Both the position numbers and the translations under genes were made by a program. Shown in pieces: positions 61,879 to 64,000 of a stretch of DNA of 64,000 bases; the first letter of the stretch is position 1; each line of letters starts with the position of its first letter. The notes beneath the pieces were generated by a model. That model had not been told where the DNA came from, searched no databases, and saw only the letters and a list, made by a program, of their open reading frames with translations. This DNA comes from a bacterium (GTDB lineage: Bacteria > Zhuqueibacterota > Zhuqueibacteria > Residuimicrobiales > Krinioviventaceae). The DNA lies in assembly GCA_963675755.2 (NCBI GenBank), contig CAXXMD010000003.1:416001-480000 (forward strand), given 5' to 3'.

Positions 61879-62475
61879 ATGGATACGCGTATCAAATTAC
61901 CCGCTCCGCAAACAGATCTGGATTTCCCACTCATGCAGGCCTTCGCCGAAAGACGGACCTTGCGCAGATGGAAAGACGAGCCGATTTCGGAACAGGACCT
62001 ATCCAATCTGTTATGGTCCGCTTGCGGCATTACCAAAGAACAAAAAGGCAAGACCAAATGCAAAAGGACAGCCCCATCCGCTTGTAATGTTCAGGAGATA
62101 CGGGTCTATACCCTGCTTGAAAAGGGAGTGTTTTTGTACAATGAAGCGGCCCATGAACTCGTGCAAATCATCCCGGACGATATTCGGGAGCATGTGGGCA
62201 CGCAAAAAATGATGAAATCCGCTCCCCTGGGACTCGTGTATGTAGCGGACCTGTCCAGGATGAACAGTCCGTTTTTAAAAAGTGATGAAGCCAAAAAATT
62301 CTCAGCCTGGGTAGACACAGGATTCGTCAGCGAAAATGTGTATCTCTATTGCGCATCCGCAAACATGGCAACCGCCGTATTGTCACTGGTAAAACGTGAC
62401 AACCTCGAACAACTCATGCAACTCCAGGAACATGAAAAGGTGGTATTGACTCAGGTGGTGGGGTATAGAGTGTAA
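61879..62475 (+). CDS. Nitroreductase / SagB-like flavoprotein
   Basis: ERRTLR, LSNLLWSACG, RTAPSA, DTGFVSENVYLYCAS; start 61873 or 61879. Confidence 0.88.
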   Translation: MDTRIKLPAPQTDLDFPLMQAFAERRTLRRWKDEPISEQDLSNLLWSACGITKEQKGKTKCKRTAPSACNVQEIRVYTLLEKGVFLYNEAAHELVQIIPDDIREHVGTQKMMKSAPLGLVYVADLSRMNSPFLKSDEAKKFSAWVDTGFVSENVYLYCASANMATAVLSLVKRDNLEQLMQLQEHEKVVLTQVVGYRV

Positions 62476-62498
62476 TTCAGTATCTTTCTCGTTACTAT

Positions 62499-62846
62499 CT
62501 AAACATATCCTATCTTTTATCTTGTCCACCTGACGGTGAAAAATCCCATTAAAATGGGATCTACAGGTAAAACAGGATTAGTCTTACCTGATCGTGACGG
62601 AGATAATCTCCGTCACGATCGTTGCTTGAAATTACTCGTTCCTAATCCGCCAGCCGGCGGATGGGGAACGCAATGACACGGATAAACTCTGTTTATCCAA
62701 TACTTTATAACACAAACACTTTCAACTAAACATTTCACATCATTATCGGGTCCACCTCACGGTGAACAATCCCATTAAAATGGGATCTACAAATATAACA
62801 GGATTCGTTTTACCTGATGGTGACGGAGAGTATCTACGTCAATATC
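62499..62846 (+). repeat. Two ~120-bp imperfect direct repeats flanking a family A left arm
   Basis: 62499-62620 and 62726-62846 share CTAAACAT..GTCCACCT.ACGGTGAA.AATCCCATTAAAATGGGATCTACA..ACAGGATT..TTACCTGAT.GTGACGGAGA. Confidence 0.85.
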
Positions 62847-62911
62847 GAAAACAGCTGCCCGGCATCCTCGGAGGTGCCGGGCAGTTATTATCATTGTAAA
62901 ATAATCCTAAT

Positions 62912-63871
62912 TCAGACAGCCACCACCTGTTCCCAGTCCTGTGTGGTAACCGAGCGTTCAAGCGCTTGCAGTACGGCTACGCAGGCGAGAATGCTCTCGT
63001 GGCTGCGCGGCTCTTTACCGGTGCGGAACATTTCAACCATATCCACATAATTTTTAGCAGGATCACCCTTGGGTACGTCCGAGACGAGTTTGATGCCTTT
63101 TTCCGGTGTAACCACAGTGGTGCTCCAACCGTGCCCGCCCCGTATAAACCCCAGACTGGCAAACAATCCCGATTTGAACACCACATCGGCAGAGGCATCA
63201 TCACCATGCAGGGTCATGCGTACGCGATCAATATCGTCGCCAAACATATACATCAGCGGCTGGATAACATGCACACCATAGAAAAAGATACCGCCGTATT
63301 TGGAATCCACTTCTGCGGGACCATGACGGTACACATGTTTAATATCTTTAATATCTTTTAACTGACGGATAATGTCAAAGGTCTCTTCGCTCTGGGCTAT
63401 AGAGCTGAACGAGGTCACCGGTGTGCCTTTTTCACGCGCGATTCTCAAAAACTCTTTTCCCTCATCCACACGGTAACAAAAGGGCTTGTCCACAAACGTG
63501 GGGATTCCCTCTTTAACAAAGGGCAATGCCGCTTCCAAATGATATTTTGCATGGCGATGGTCAACTATCAGCGCGTCGATCTTGCCCATCATTTCCGCGG
63601 GGTCCTTGACGATATTGGGAATGGATCCCTTTTCCGCGGCACGTTTGGCAAATTCATCGGTCTCGCCCCATACATATTTCACTTCGCATCCCGGAAACTG
63701 TTTTTTCTCGTTAAAGATGCGCCCAAAACCAATGGTATGCGAATTCTCGGCACCGATAATACCAATACGGATCTTTTTCTCATCAGCTAAAAGTGGACTT
63801 GTGACAGATGCGGCCGCCAAAACGGTTGCTCCTTTGGCTGCTTTTTCAATAAATTCTCTGCGTGTTTGCAT
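62912..63871 (-). CDS. Tat-exported Gfo/Idh/MocA-family oxidoreductase
   Basis: TRREFI twin-arginine signal, RIGIIGAENSH, FVDKPF. Confidence 0.85.
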   Translation of the reverse strand: MQTRREFIEKAAKGATVLAAASVTSPLLADEKKIRIGIIGAENSHTIGFGRIFNEKKQFPGCEVKYVWGETDEFAKRAAEKGSIPNIVKDPAEMMGKIDALIVDHRHAKYHLEAALPFVKEGIPTFVDKPFCYRVDEGKEFLRIAREKGTPVTSFSSIAQSEETFDIIRQLKDIKDIKHVYRHGPAEVDSKYGGIFFYGVHVIQPLMYMFGDDIDRVRMTLHGDDASADVVFKSGLFASLGFIRGGHGWSTTVVTPEKGIKLVSDVPKGDPAKNYVDMVEMFRTGKEPRSHESILACVAVLQALERSVTTQDWEQVVAV

Positions 63872-63898
63872 TTGTATATTATCTCCTGTAAAATTTCA

Positions 63899-64000
63899 TT
63901 ATACGGTTTCGGGTAAAACATAGGGATGCCGATAGCGGCGTGTCAGATAAGAGTTTGCCTCGTCATCATTTATGAATCGTTCCGCGCGCCCGTCAAAATG
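63899..64000 (-). CDS. 3' end of a probable Gfo/Idh/MocA oxidoreductase (partial)
   Basis: Manual translation HFDGRAERFINDDEANSYLTRRYRHPYVLPETV-stop, typical C terminus of this family. Confidence 0.65.
   Translation of the reverse strand, partial: HFDGRAERFINDDEANSYLTRRYRHPYVLPETV

Overview
Chromosomal window from a Gram-negative bacterium, most likely FCB-group (KSB1/Calditrichota/Ignavibacteria-like; inferred from three secreted proteins ending in a YPNPFNP...GVY...KM/IxL FlgD/T9SS-type tail). The left 26 kb is mostly core-like: LacI regulator, OPT transporter, a cupin/K+ channel/sigma-54 activator operon with a sigma-54-promoted exported HEAT-repeat gene behind it, pdp-rfbC, tmRNA (ssrA), histidine kinase, PlpD-like patatin, TrmB regulator and typA. 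From typA onward (26.8-64 kb) the region is accessory: a BrnT/BrnA toxin-antitoxin pair between 55-bp direct repeats, a very AT-rich islet (coiled-coil/2TM protein plus KTSC-like protein), many lipoproteins, and carbohydrate-active enzymes (GH127, CBM9-like, GH97, sialidase-like, GH116, GH28, MGH1-like, GH3). No CRISPR array, integrase, transposase, rRNA or tRNA was seen. The most notable observations are: (1) a His-rich membrane leader peptide ending in RAPP ahead of a His-motif lipoprotein and a ZnuD-like TonB receptor, a probable metal-sensing ribosome-arrest switch; (2) intergenic mosaics built from several palindrome families plus an AATC-phased 81-bp unit that in two places ends in the same promoter ahead of unrelated genes; (3) a second near-identical promoter/leader shared by two unrelated CAZyme genes. 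Frameshifts at 36.2-38.1 kb look like sequencing errors. All family assignments come from motif recognition by eye, not database searches.
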